From NCBI GenBank assembly GCA_902573735.1, contig CACGLH010000006.1, positions 13,282 through 77,281 of the forward strand: a stretch of 64,000 nucleotides of DNA. Direction: 5' to 3'. The notes beneath the pieces are model-generated. The model ran no database searches, was not told the origin of the DNA, and was given only the letters and a program-made list of their open reading frames with translations. Positions within the stretch are counted from its first letter, which is position 1. Every line of letters begins with the position of its first letter. This stretch comes from an uncultured Alphaproteobacteria bacterium (GTDB lineage Bacteria; Pseudomonadota; Alphaproteobacteria; Rhodobacterales; Rhodobacteraceae). The position numbers and the translations under genes are program-made. Below are positions 10,036-19,622 of this stretch, piece after piece.

Positions 10036-10650
10036 ATGGGTGTTCACGATTTTTCAATAAACCCAGAAAGAGAAAATTTACAAAATACAGAAAGACCATC
10101 AGAAACAGAGGTGCTAGAAGCGGTAAAAACTCTACTGAGATGGACAGGAGATAATCCTGACAGAGACGGTTTAAAAGATACACCAAAGAGAGTTTTAAAG
10201 GCCTACAGCGAATGGTTTGGTGGATATAATGAAGATCCCAAATTATTATTGAGCAAAACTTTTGAAGAGGTACAGGGATATAATGATTGGGTTATTTTAG
10301 ACTCTATTAGAGTAGAGAGTTACTGCGAACATCACCTGGCTCCAATTATCGGAGTAGCAAAGGTAGGGTATCTACCAAATGGGTTAGTTGTTGGAATATC
10401 AAAATTAGTTAGGGTTGTTAATGCATATGCTAAAAGACTTCAAATTCAAGAAAGACTTACCAGAGAAATAGCTTTAGCAATTCAAGAAACCTTAAATCCT
10501 AATGCTGTCGCTGTAGCAATAAAAGCAGAGCACCATTGCATGTGCACAAGGGGTGTAAATAAACCTGGTACTAAAATGCTTACTAGTTCATTTATAGGCG
10601 AAGCAGAAAAAAATCTTGAATTTAGGAGATCTTTTTTAGAAATGGAATAG
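10036..10650 (+). CDS. folE: GTP cyclohydrolase I
   Basis: DTPKRV, SYCEHHLAPIIG and HHCMCTRG motifs. Confidence 0.9.
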   Translation: MGVHDFSINPERENLQNTERPSETEVLEAVKTLLRWTGDNPDRDGLKDTPKRVLKAYSEWFGGYNEDPKLLLSKTFEEVQGYNDWVILDSIRVESYCEHHLAPIIGVAKVGYLPNGLVVGISKLVRVVNAYAKRLQIQERLTREIALAIQETLNPNAVAVAIKAEHHCMCTRGVNKPGTKMLTSSFIGEAEKNLEFRRSFLEME

Positions 10651-10754
10651 TTTTAACTAATGTAGTTGTAAATTATAAAAAATACCTTTTATAGTTGACC
10701 AAAATTGTTGTAAACAATCGATGAAACTAATATTTTTTTAAGAAAGCTTAATTT

Positions 10755-11654
10755 TTGCCTGACTCATTCCAAGAAATTATTCAAAAATTAAATGAATATT
10801 GGGCTTCAGTAGGGTGCATTATTTTACAGCCTTATGATTTAGAGGTTGGTGCCGGTACTTTTCATCCAGCAACTACCTTAAGAGCTCTAGGAAAAAAACA
10901 TTGGCATGCCGCTTATGTTCAACCCTCTAGAAGGCCTACTGATGGTAGGTATGGTGCAAACCCCAATAGGCTTCAACATTTTTACCAATACCAAGTTATT
11001 CTTAAACCCTCGCCTTTCGAAATGCAGGAATTATATCTTAATAGTTTAAAATCTATAGGGATAAATTTTAATAATCATGATATAAGATTTGTTGAGGACG
11101 ATTGGGAAAGTCCTACACTTGGTGCATGGGGGTTAGGATGGGAAGTTTGGTGTGATGGAATGGAAGTTAGCCAATTTACATATTTCCAACAAGTAGGAGG
11201 AATAGACTGTAAACCAGTATCTGGTGAACTTACATATGGTTTAGAAAGAATAGCAATGTTTGTATTAGGTATTGATGATGTAATGGATTTACCTTTCAAT
11301 AGTCCAGAATGCATTTATCCAATGAAGTATTCAGATATCTTTCAAAAAGCAGAGAGGGAATATAGTCGTTGGAATTTCAATGTGGCCAATGAAGAAACAT
11401 TATTAAAACATTTTAGTGATTATGAAGAAGAATGTAATAGAATTTTATCTCAACCAAAAATTGATCCTCAAAGTGGTTATTCTATAATAATGGTTCAACC
11501 AGCCTATGATTATTGCATAAAAGCAAGTCACCTATTCAATCTATTAGATTCAAGAGGAGTAATTTCACCAACAGAGAGACAAAACTTTATTTCTAGAGTA
11601 AGAAATTTAGCTAAAAGTTGCGCTGAAGCTTATATAGTTTCTGAAAAGGATTAG
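10755..11654 (+). CDS. glyQ: Glycyl-tRNA synthetase alpha subunit
   Basis: TTG start. Highly conserved [25 protein letters not shown] and WGLGWEVW motifs. Confidence 0.95.
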   Translation: MPDSFQEIIQKLNEYWASVGCIILQPYDLEVGAGTFHPATTLRALGKKHWHAAYVQPSRRPTDGRYGANPNRLQHFYQYQVILKPSPFEMQELYLNSLKSIGINFNNHDIRFVEDDWESPTLGAWGLGWEVWCDGMEVSQFTYFQQVGGIDCKPVSGELTYGLERIAMFVLGIDDVMDLPFNSPECIYPMKYSDIFQKAEREYSRWNFNVANEETLLKHFSDYEEECNRILSQPKIDPQSGYSIIMVQPAYDYCIKASHLFNLLDSRGVISPTERQNFISRVRNLAKSCAEAYIVSEKD

Positions 11655-11665
11655 TATTCGAGAAA

Positions 11666-12106
11666 ATGTCTGGCAAAATTACTGTAATATTATTAATAGG
11701 CGTAACTTTAGTATTTGGGATTATTTTTTTCTATTTTCAGAATTTTGCATATTATTCAAAAGTGTCAAATAAAGAAGTAATAATGGTAAATAATAAACTA
11801 ATAAAAGTAAAAGAGTATCTGGGGATAAGATCAGATGTGTCAAAATTAAAACTACGAGGATGTTTTAAAGTTGATCCATCATTATTTGAAAAATTTGATG
11901 AAGATGATAAAGCTTCACCTTTATCTGCTCCGTTTTGGTTTAAATGTTTTGATTATGAAGAAATTCAATCTGATATTGATAAGGGACTATTAAAAGCTTA
12001 CCTTGCAGAGGAAAATGAAACACTTGGGATAGATAGATATATTGCTATTTCTAAAAATGGTTTAGGATATGAATGGCGTCAGCTAAATGAAATATTTGTG
12101 AAATAA
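11666..12106 (+). CDS. Small membrane-anchored protein of unknown function between glyQ and glyS
   Basis: 146-aa ORF with one N-terminal TM helix. Tightly packed: 11 nt after glyQ and 4 nt before glyS. Confidence 0.5.
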   Translation: MSGKITVILLIGVTLVFGIIFFYFQNFAYYSKVSNKEVIMVNNKLIKVKEYLGIRSDVSKLKLRGCFKVDPSLFEKFDEDDKASPLSAPFWFKCFDYEEIQSDIDKGLLKAYLAEENETLGIDRYIAISKNGLGYEWRQLNEIFVK

Positions 12107-12110
12107 AAAA

Positions 12111-14174
12111 ATGTCTGATTTGGTTTTAGAGTTTTATTCAGAAGAAATTCCCTCTAGAATGCAGTACAATGCCTCTCTTTATCTAGAGAATTTTTTTATT
12201 GATGAATTATTACATGCTCGTTTAAATTACGCTAAACTTAATACTTTTGTAACCCCTCGAAGATTAACCCTTATAATTAATGATCTTTCAGAAAGTTCAA
12301 AAATTTCTTTTGAAGAAAAGAGAGGGCCAAGAGTTGGTTCACCAAGTAAAGCAATAGAGGGTTTTGCTCGTTCACTGAATATAGATAAATCTTTACTATA
12401 TACAAAAAAAGAAAAAAAAGGTGAGTTTTATTTCTATAAATCTAAAAAAAAGAGCATTACTTTAACTGATATTATAGGACAAATCTCTAAAAATTTATTA
12501 ACTAATTTTCCATGGAAAAAGTCAATGAGATGGGGAGAAGGAAATTTAAGATGGGTAAGACCTCTAAAATTTGTTTATTGTTCTCTTTTTAATAATGAAA
12601 ATGATTTTGAAATCATAGATTTGAAACTTAATGAGGTAAAATCAGTAAATTTTACTTTTGGTCATTATTTAATTTCTTCAAAAAAAATTTATCCTAAAAG
12701 TGTAAGTGACTATTTACAAAAATTATTTGAAAATAAAGTTATATTGGATAGGGATGAGAGAAAAAAAATAATTATTGATGCCACTAAGAATTTATTAAAA
12801 AATAAGCATAGTTCTATTATTTTTGATGAAGAACTTTTAGAAGAAATAGTAGGATTGGTTGAGTGGCCAGTAGTTTTTTTAGGACAAATTGATAAAGAAT
12901 TCTTATCCCTACCGAAAGAAATTTTAAGAGTCACTATGAAAGAGCATCAAAAATTTTTATCTGTTTTTAATAAAAATAAAAATTTAATAGATCAATTTAT
13001 AGTTGTCGCAAATATGTTGGCAAAAGACGGTGGAAAAGCTATCCTAGATGGGAATACAAGAGTTTTAAGATCCAGGTTAAAAGATGCAAAATTCTTTTTT
13101 GAAAATGATTTAAGGGTTATAAAAACTGAAGGGCTATCAAGTTTTACTAAAAATTTAAGTAAAGTTACTTTTCATAATAAGATTGGAAGTCAATTAGATA
13201 GAATTAATAATATTGAGGAACTTTCAAAAAAAATTTCTCATCTATTAGGTGTAGATTCTTCAAAATGTGTAATTGCTTCTAGAATATGTAAAACAGATTT
13301 GGTTACACAAGTTGTTTCAGAATTCCCTGAATTACAAGGGATAATTGGCAAAATTTACGCTGACCAAGAAGGCATTGATAAAATTATAGCCCATTCAATT
13401 GAAGAACATTATTGGCCAATGAAATTAAATGATAAAGTACCTACTGAGCCAATATCAATAGTTTTAGCTTTAGCAGACAAAATTAATACTTTGATAAGTT
13501 TTTGGAAGATAAATGAAAAACCAACTAGTTCAAAAGATCCTTATGCTTTGAGAAGGTCTGCAATAGGTTTAATCAGAATTCTTATTGAAAATAAAATTGA
13601 CTTAGACATAAATAAATTGATTCATAATTATTTAGAAATAAATGTTTCTAATGATCTGATTAAATTTATAGAAGATAGGTTTAGAGTATATTTATTAGAA
13701 AAAGAATTTAGTAATGTTTTATTAGATGCATGTTTAGCATTATTCGAATTTAATAATCCTTTCTTGTTCTATTTAAAAATAGAAAGTTTAAAAAACTTTC
13801 AAAAAACAAAAGAGTTCACCAAGTTAATTAATTCCTACAAAAGACCTATAAATATTTTAAATTCGGAAGAAAAGAAAAGTAATGATATTTACTCTGGCGA
13901 GCCATTAGTTGAACTTTTTGAAAAAAAAGATGAACGAGAGCTTTACGAAAAACTTATAACAGTAGAGAAAAAAGTTATAAATTTAATTAAAAGAAACGAC
14001 TATAAAAAAGTACTAATATTCCTAGCATCTTTTGATCAAGAAATAGAAAACTTTTTCGAAAATGTTGTTATCAACGCAACTGAAAAAAATATTAAAACAA
14101 ATAGGCTAAATTTATGTAATAAAGTAAGAAAAATCATGCATTCAGTTGCTTGTTTTGAACATTTCAATGTTTAA
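12111..14174 (+). CDS. glyS: Glycyl-tRNA synthetase beta subunit
   Basis: 687 aa with the LEFYSEEIPSRMQ start typical of GlyS. Sits in the glyQ operon. Confidence 0.9.
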   Translation: MSDLVLEFYSEEIPSRMQYNASLYLENFFIDELLHARLNYAKLNTFVTPRRLTLIINDLSESSKISFEEKRGPRVGSPSKAIEGFARSLNIDKSLLYTKKEKKGEFYFYKSKKKSITLTDIIGQISKNLLTNFPWKKSMRWGEGNLRWVRPLKFVYCSLFNNENDFEIIDLKLNEVKSVNFTFGHYLISSKKIYPKSVSDYLQKLFENKVILDRDERKKIIIDATKNLLKNKHSSIIFDEELLEEIVGLVEWPVVFLGQIDKEFLSLPKEILRVTMKEHQKFLSVFNKNKNLIDQFIVVANMLAKDGGKAILDGNTRVLRSRLKDAKFFFENDLRVIKTEGLSSFTKNLSKVTFHNKIGSQLDRINNIEELSKKISHLLGVDSSKCVIASRICKTDLVTQVVSEFPELQGIIGKIYADQEGIDKIIAHSIEEHYWPMKLNDKVPTEPISIVLALADKINTLISFWKINEKPTSSKDPYALRRSAIGLIRILIENKIDLDINKLIHNYLEINVSNDLIKFIEDRFRVYLLEKEFSNVLLDACLALFEFNNPFLFYLKIESLKNFQKTKEFTKLINSYKRPINILNSEEKKSNDIYSGEPLVELFEKKDERELYEKLITVEKKVINLIKRNDYKKVLIFLASFDQEIENFFENVVINATEKNIKTNRLNLCNKVRKIMHSVACFEHFNV

Positions 14175-14193
14175 TAGTACCTCAAGAATATAG

Positions 14194-16773
14194 ATGAAAA
14201 AAAACAAAAGATTATTAATTCCAGTATCTTCTGAAATTGATATATGTCAAAAAAAGTTTGGAGAGAAAGCTATCATTATTTCTAATTTGGGAAAGATTGG
14301 TTTTCCAGTTGTCGATGGCTTTTTTGTTTCCTCTGATGTTCTCAAACAAATAGACCTTGGAAAAGAATCTCCAGAATTTCCAAATAATTTTTTAGTAAAT
14401 GGTCCTTTTTGTTTAAGATCTAGCCCAAACAGCAAAGAATTAGCTGGACCAGAAGCCTTTTTATATTTGGGTTTAAATAGAGAGATGGTTGATGAATTAT
14501 CAAAAAAAATTGGCAAAAAATTTTCAAACCTTTTATACTTAAATCATATTAAAAACTTCAGTGTAAGAGTTTTCGATTTAGAAGTAGATTTTTTTGAAAA
14601 TAAAATTTTGAAAACTCTTGAGAGCAAACAAGTACATTCTGTCAATAATCTAGATGTAAAATCTTTAAATATTTTAATTAGTGAATTTGAACATTATTGT
14701 AGGACTAGTTTGGGTTTCGATTTTCCTCAAGATCCGTCAAAGCAAATACATTATGGATTTAAAACGATATTAAACGAATGGCAGAGTTCAACATCAAAAA
14801 TATTAAGGAGTTCATTAGGATGTATTGGTAACGATTATATTGGTTTAATAATTCAAAAAATGATATTTAAGAATTTAAAGTCTACTGATATTGATCTAGA
14901 AATACAATTCATTGATACTGACACTGGTAAAGAAAAAATCAATGGTTCATGTCAAAAAGGTGGGAATCGTTATTCTTCTCCAAGATACTTTGATGGTTTT
15001 AGTTTCAAAAAATTATTATCAGAAAATATTGAGATTGGTCGACCAAAATTTAATATATTTTCAAATCCTTTTTTTAATAAAATTCAGAAACTAGACAAAT
15101 TAGCTACTAATCTTTTTGAAAAAAAACTTAAATATAAGTTTATATTAAGTCATAATAATCTTTTTTTGATAGATGCTAATAATGTTGATTTGAAACCTTC
15201 AGCTATTATGAAACTTCAAATAGATAAAGTCAAAAAAGGCATCATTAGCAAACAAAAAATGCTTGCCAATATAGACCCAGAAATGTTTATTCAGTCTTTA
15301 CATCCACAAATTAATCAAAGTTCTAAATTGGACATTATTGGAATTGGATTGCCAGCAAGTCCAGGTGGTATTTCTGGAAGAATTGCATTTAAAGCTGAAG
15401 AAGCGATAAAAATGAGTTCAAAAGGAATTACTGTAGTGCTGGTCAGAAGTGAAACAAGTTCTGAAGATATAAGAGGGATGCATGCATCTGCTGGAGTCCT
15501 TACATTGAGGGGTGGTATGAGTAGTCATGCTGCAGTAGTTGCACGTGGTCTTGGTAAACCATGTGTTGTAGGAGTAAGCGATTTAAATGTTAATAGTAGC
15601 TTAAATGCAATAATTACATCAACTGGAGAAGTATTGAAATCAGGTGAAATGATTACAATTGATGGATCAACAGGCCAAGTATCAAAAGGTAGTGCTAAAA
15701 TGGTACAACCAAAACTTTCTAAAAATTTTTTTGAAATCTTGAATTGGGCAAGTGGTCTTGGAAAAATAAGTGTCAAAGCTAATGCCGACACTGTAAAAGA
15801 GGCTGAACATGCAAAAGGATTTAAAGTTGATGGTATCGGATTATGCAGAACTGAACATATGTTTTTTGAAAAAAACTCTTTGCAAATAATGCAAAAAATT
15901 CTGTTGTCTTCAAATAATAATGATAAGTTAAATTTTATCTCTAATCTTTCAAAAATACAGGAATTAGAGTTTGAGAATATTTTCAAAATAATGCGTTTTA
16001 AAACTGTAACAATCAGATTGTTAGATTTACCTGTTCATGAATTTTTACCAAATAGTGTTAATGAATTAGAGCTATTGGCTGATGAGTTAAAACTGACCTT
16101 TTTACAATTATCTCACCTTTGTAGGCAAATGGCTGAGATAAATCCAATGTTGGGTAAAAGAGGAGTTAGATTGGGTATTCTTTTACCAGAATTATATAAA
16201 ATGCAAGTACAAGCTATAATTAAAGCTAGCATAAATATTTATGGAAAGAATCAATCAAAATTTCCCCCTGAAATAATGTTACCAATGGTTTCGACTTTCA
16301 AGGAAGTTAATTGGCTTAAAAATTTGATTGACGATGTAATAATGAAATTAAGTGAAGGAATTAATTTTAAAATTAGTTATAAGTTAGGTGTTATGGTTGA
16401 GACACCACGAGCAGCATTAAAAGCAGGCGAGTTATCAAAAATAAGTTCTTTTTTAAGTTTTGGGACTAATGACCTTACACAAATGACATATGGGTTAAGC
16501 AGGGATGACTCTGGTTCATTTATGAGAAATTATTTAGAAAAAGAAATATTTCCTGAAGATCCATTTAGATCATTAGATCTACATGGTGTTGGAGAACTAT
16601 TAAAAATTGCTTCAAAAAGAAGTAGAATAGCTAATCCCTTTATCAAAATAGGTATTTGTGGAGAACATGGCGGAGATCCAAAATCTATTGAATTTTGTAA
16701 AAAAATTGGTTTAGATTTCGTTTCTTGTTCAACATATAGAGTACCTATTGCTAGACTTGCGGCTGCAAAATAA
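14194..16773 (+). CDS. ppdK: Pyruvate, phosphate dikinase-like enzyme (divergent N-terminal domain)
   Basis: Phospho-His motif GGMSSHAAVVARG, plus GLCRTEHMFF, FGTNDLTQ and CGEHGGDP. The N-terminal ~380 aa lack the canonical ATP-grasp motifs (see findings). Confidence 0.8.
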   Translation: MKKNKRLLIPVSSEIDICQKKFGEKAIIISNLGKIGFPVVDGFFVSSDVLKQIDLGKESPEFPNNFLVNGPFCLRSSPNSKELAGPEAFLYLGLNREMVDELSKKIGKKFSNLLYLNHIKNFSVRVFDLEVDFFENKILKTLESKQVHSVNNLDVKSLNILISEFEHYCRTSLGFDFPQDPSKQIHYGFKTILNEWQSSTSKILRSSLGCIGNDYIGLIIQKMIFKNLKSTDIDLEIQFIDTDTGKEKINGSCQKGGNRYSSPRYFDGFSFKKLLSENIEIGRPKFNIFSNPFFNKIQKLDKLATNLFEKKLKYKFILSHNNLFLIDANNVDLKPSAIMKLQIDKVKKGIISKQKMLANIDPEMFIQSLHPQINQSSKLDIIGIGLPASPGGISGRIAFKAEEAIKMSSKGITVVLVRSETSSEDIRGMHASAGVLTLRGGMSSHAAVVARGLGKPCVVGVSDLNVNSSLNAIITSTGEVLKSGEMITIDGSTGQVSKGSAKMVQPKLSKNFFEILNWASGLGKISVKANADTVKEAEHAKGFKVDGIGLCRTEHMFFEKNSLQIMQKILLSSNNNDKLNFISNLSKIQELEFENIFKIMRFKTVTIRLLDLPVHEFLPNSVNELELLADELKLTFLQLSHLCRQMAEINPMLGKRGVRLGILLPELYKMQVQAIIKASINIYGKNQSKFPPEIMLPMVSTFKEVNWLKNLIDDVIMKLSEGINFKISYKLGVMVETPRAALKAGELSKISSFLSFGTNDLTQMTYGLSRDDSGSFMRNYLEKEIFPEDPFRSLDLHGVGELLKIASKRSRIANPFIKIGICGEHGGDPKSIEFCKKIGLDFVSCSTYRVPIARLAAAK

Positions 16774-16874
16774 TTTTAATATTGAAATCATCTATTTAAA
16801 TTTTTTTATATAAAGCTTGCATGATTGTCATATTAGCATTATGAGCTACTCACTTAGTTTTAATTATTAAAATC

Positions 16875-17534
16875 ATGTATTATTTTCGAAAAATATTAAT
16901 TTCTATTTTATTTTATTTACTTTTTATATTTTTTTATAATTTGGGAATTGCAGAAGAACTAAATAGTGAACTTGAAACAAAAGAAGTAGATTCTTTTAAA
17001 TTATTAAAAGATTTTGTAGAGTCCGATTTATTTTTAATTTCTTCTTTAGATCAAAATATTTTGAAAAACTTATCTGGTTTTGCAAGATATGATAGGGAAA
17101 AGTTTTCCTTTGATGCTCTAGATAAATTACCTCAGCCTAAAACTTCATCAGAAATGAAATGTTTGGCTGAAGCTATTTATTTTGAAGCTAGAGGTGAATC
17201 GATTGAAGGACAATACGCTGTTGGAGAAGTAATAATTAATAGAGTTTTATCGGATGAATTTCCGAATAGTGTTTGTGGTGTCATTTCAGAAGGCGCTAAT
17301 AGATTAAATGCATGTCAATTTTCCTATAACTGTGATGGTAAACTGGAAACAATTAATGAAAAAAAAATTTATGGAAGAATTTTGAAGCTATCTAAAATAT
17401 TATTAGAACCATCAGCTAGGTTTCTAACTGGAGGAGCTACTTTTTACCATTCTAAATTTGTAAGCCCTAGTTGGTCAAAAAAATTTTTAAAAACAAATGA
17501 AATTGGTAATCATGTTTTTTATAAACTACCTTAA
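16875..17534 (+). CDS. Cell wall hydrolase, SleB family
   Basis: Signal/TM N-terminus. CLAEAIYFEARGES...VGEVIINRV motif of the SleB/Hydrolase_2 family. Confidence 0.8.
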   Translation: MYYFRKILISILFYLLFIFFYNLGIAEELNSELETKEVDSFKLLKDFVESDLFLISSLDQNILKNLSGFARYDREKFSFDALDKLPQPKTSSEMKCLAEAIYFEARGESIEGQYAVGEVIINRVLSDEFPNSVCGVISEGANRLNACQFSYNCDGKLETINEKKIYGRILKLSKILLEPSARFLTGGATFYHSKFVSPSWSKKFLKTNEIGNHVFYKLP

Positions 17535-17584
17535 ATAATTTATTAATTAGGGTAATAAAAAAATATTTATAATGGAGGTGATGA

Positions 17585-17938
17585 TTGGAACAGATTTTTG
17601 TTAAGGATTTTGTTCATGAAACTGAAATTGGAGTTTATCAATCTGAGTTTGGAAAAAAACAGAGATTAAAATTCAACGTATTTTTGACGATCGATTATTT
17701 AAATAAAAATAGAAATGATAATATTGAAGATGTAATTTCTTATGAAATTATTATTAATGCAATAAAAAAGCATACATCTGCAAGCAGGTTATATCTTTTA
17801 GAGACATTAGCTTCAAAAATATCTGAAACATGTTTTGAGGATCAAAGAGTTAAAAAAATTGACATTAAAATTGAAAAATTAGATAGAATAAAAGGATCAT
17901 TAGGTATTAGAATAGTAACAGAGAATAAACCAAAGTGA
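17585..17938 (+). CDS. folB: Dihydroneopterin aldolase
   Basis: 117 aa with the IGVYQSE..KQRLKFNV pattern. Shares an operon with folP. Confidence 0.7.
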   Translation: MEQIFVKDFVHETEIGVYQSEFGKKQRLKFNVFLTIDYLNKNRNDNIEDVISYEIIINAIKKHTSASRLYLLETLASKISETCFEDQRVKKIDIKIEKLDRIKGSLGIRIVTENKPK

Positions 17939-18588
17939 AGCAAGATTATAATATAGTTTTTGATCTTGATGGGACACTAGTTCACACAGCACCAGCTTTG
18001 ACTAAGGCAGCTAATAATTTACTTAATGAATTAAGCTTACCAAACATTAATACAAAGTTGTATTCTACTTTTATCGGTGGTGGTATAATAAAACAAGTGG
18101 AAAGGCTATTAAATTTTTATAAATACAAATATGATTCAGTGGATGAATATGTTAGGATATTTAAAAAACATTATTATATCGACCCATTTTTTCAAACCCA
18201 CCTTTTCCCAGATGTTAAAAGTGTATTAGCACAATTGAAATCTTCGAATTTTGATATGGCCATATGTACTCAAAAAAATAAAGAACCAGCTTTAAAAATT
18301 CTAGAATATTTTGACATTAAAGATTTTTTTTCAGGTTTTGCTTTTGGAGATTCATTAGATGTATTAAAACCAGATCCGTTAATGGTAGATTTTGCACTAA
18401 AAAGTTTTAATTCAAAAAAGACTATATATATAGGTGACAGTAAAACTGACTTAAAAACGGCAAGAAATTCAGATTCAATATTTTTTTTATTTACAGAAGG
18501 TTATAGAACAGAAAACATATCAGATTTAAATCCAGATTACTTTTTCTCAAAATATTCTGATTTAATGGCATTGATTAAAAAATTATGA
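17935..18588 (+). CDS. HAD-superfamily phosphatase (phosphoglycolate phosphatase-like)
   Basis: FDLDGTL nucleophile motif, a later CTQK motif and a GDSKTD motif. GTGA overlap with the folB stop. Confidence 0.7.
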   Translation: MKQDYNIVFDLDGTLVHTAPALTKAANNLLNELSLPNINTKLYSTFIGGGIIKQVERLLNFYKYKYDSVDEYVRIFKKHYYIDPFFQTHLFPDVKSVLAQLKSSNFDMAICTQKNKEPALKILEYFDIKDFFSGFAFGDSLDVLKPDPLMVDFALKSFNSKKTIYIGDSKTDLKTARNSDSIFFLFTEGYRTENISDLNPDYFFSKYSDLMALIKKL

Positions 18589-18605
18589 TTTTTTGAGGAA
18601 AAAAT

Positions 18606-19607
18606 TTGACTAAATATTTTCAGCCATTAATAAATTTTGGTCCTGAAGCCACTAAAGGAAGCCTTTTTTTGTCAGATAGAAATTTCTGGTTTGATAAAGT
18701 TAAAGTAATTCAAAGAGGAAGAAAACCATTTATTATAAATTCGAATGATGTTCCTAAAACAGTAATTAAAGACATTTCAAATTCATTCAATTTATGTGGT
18801 TATAAAAACAGACCAGTTATAATGGGTGTGCTGAACCTTTCACCGGATAGTTTTTCTAATGTCAAAAACATACCTCAAAATAAATTACATAATTATATTG
18901 ACAATATAATTAATCAAGGTGCAGACATTATAGACATTGGAGGTGAGTCGACTAAGCCCAACTTCATTGATGTAGAAGATTTAGTAGAAATAAAAAGAAT
19001 AAAAAAAGTATTTAAGCTTATAAGTAAAAAATATTCATCAAAAATTTTTTCTATTGATACAAGAAAGTCACGTGTAGCTAATTTTGCCTTAAAAAATGGA
19101 GCAGCTATTTTTAACGATGTGTCTTCATTGCAGTATGACCCAAAAAGCATAAATGTTGTAAAAAAGCGTAAATGTTTTGTTTGCTTAATGCATAATTCAG
19201 GATCTGGAAAAGAACTTCATAAGAAGTTATTAGGAAAATATTATTTGCTAGATATTTATGACTATCTCCAAAACAGAATAAATTTTTTATTATCTTTTGG
19301 TATACCAAAATCTAAAATAATAATTGATCCAGGTATCGGTTTTGGCAAGTCCTTAAATCAAAATTTAAAAATCATTTCCAATATTGATCTATTCCATTCA
19401 CTAGGTTGTCCTATTCTTGTAGGATTATCAAGGAAAGGTTTTATTGGAAAAATAATAGGCCAGAAGGAACCAAAAAAAAGAGTGTTGAGTTCTGTAATTT
19501 TAGCATTTGAGCTTATAAAAAAAGGTGTTCATATTATTAGAGTTCATGATATTAAAGAAACTTCTGAGATGTTGAAGATTTTTAATAGTTTAAAATCAAA
19601 TTTTTAA
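18606..19607 (+). CDS. folP: Dihydropteroate synthase with ~70-aa N-terminal extension
   Basis: IMGVLNLSPDSFS, DIGGESTKP and VHDIKET motifs. TTG start. Confidence 0.9.
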   Translation: MTKYFQPLINFGPEATKGSLFLSDRNFWFDKVKVIQRGRKPFIINSNDVPKTVIKDISNSFNLCGYKNRPVIMGVLNLSPDSFSNVKNIPQNKLHNYIDNIINQGADIIDIGGESTKPNFIDVEDLVEIKRIKKVFKLISKKYSSKIFSIDTRKSRVANFALKNGAAIFNDVSSLQYDPKSINVVKKRKCFVCLMHNSGSGKELHKKLLGKYYLLDIYDYLQNRINFLLSFGIPKSKIIIDPGIGFGKSLNQNLKIISNIDLFHSLGCPILVGLSRKGFIGKIIGQKEPKKRVLSSVILAFELIKKGVHIIRVHDIKETSEMLKIFNSLKSNF

Positions 19608-19622
19608 ACAAGAAAGTTTGTA

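Noticed and set aside
15525-15986. Minus-strand 153-aa ORF inside ppdK. The same reasoning applies to 14247-14516, 19796-20257, 24070-24387, 37686-38045, 58437-58853, 55927-56328 and the other short antisense ORFs in the track.
   Set aside because: Each overlaps a motif-supported gene on the opposite strand and has low-complexity composition. None has an independent intergenic start context.
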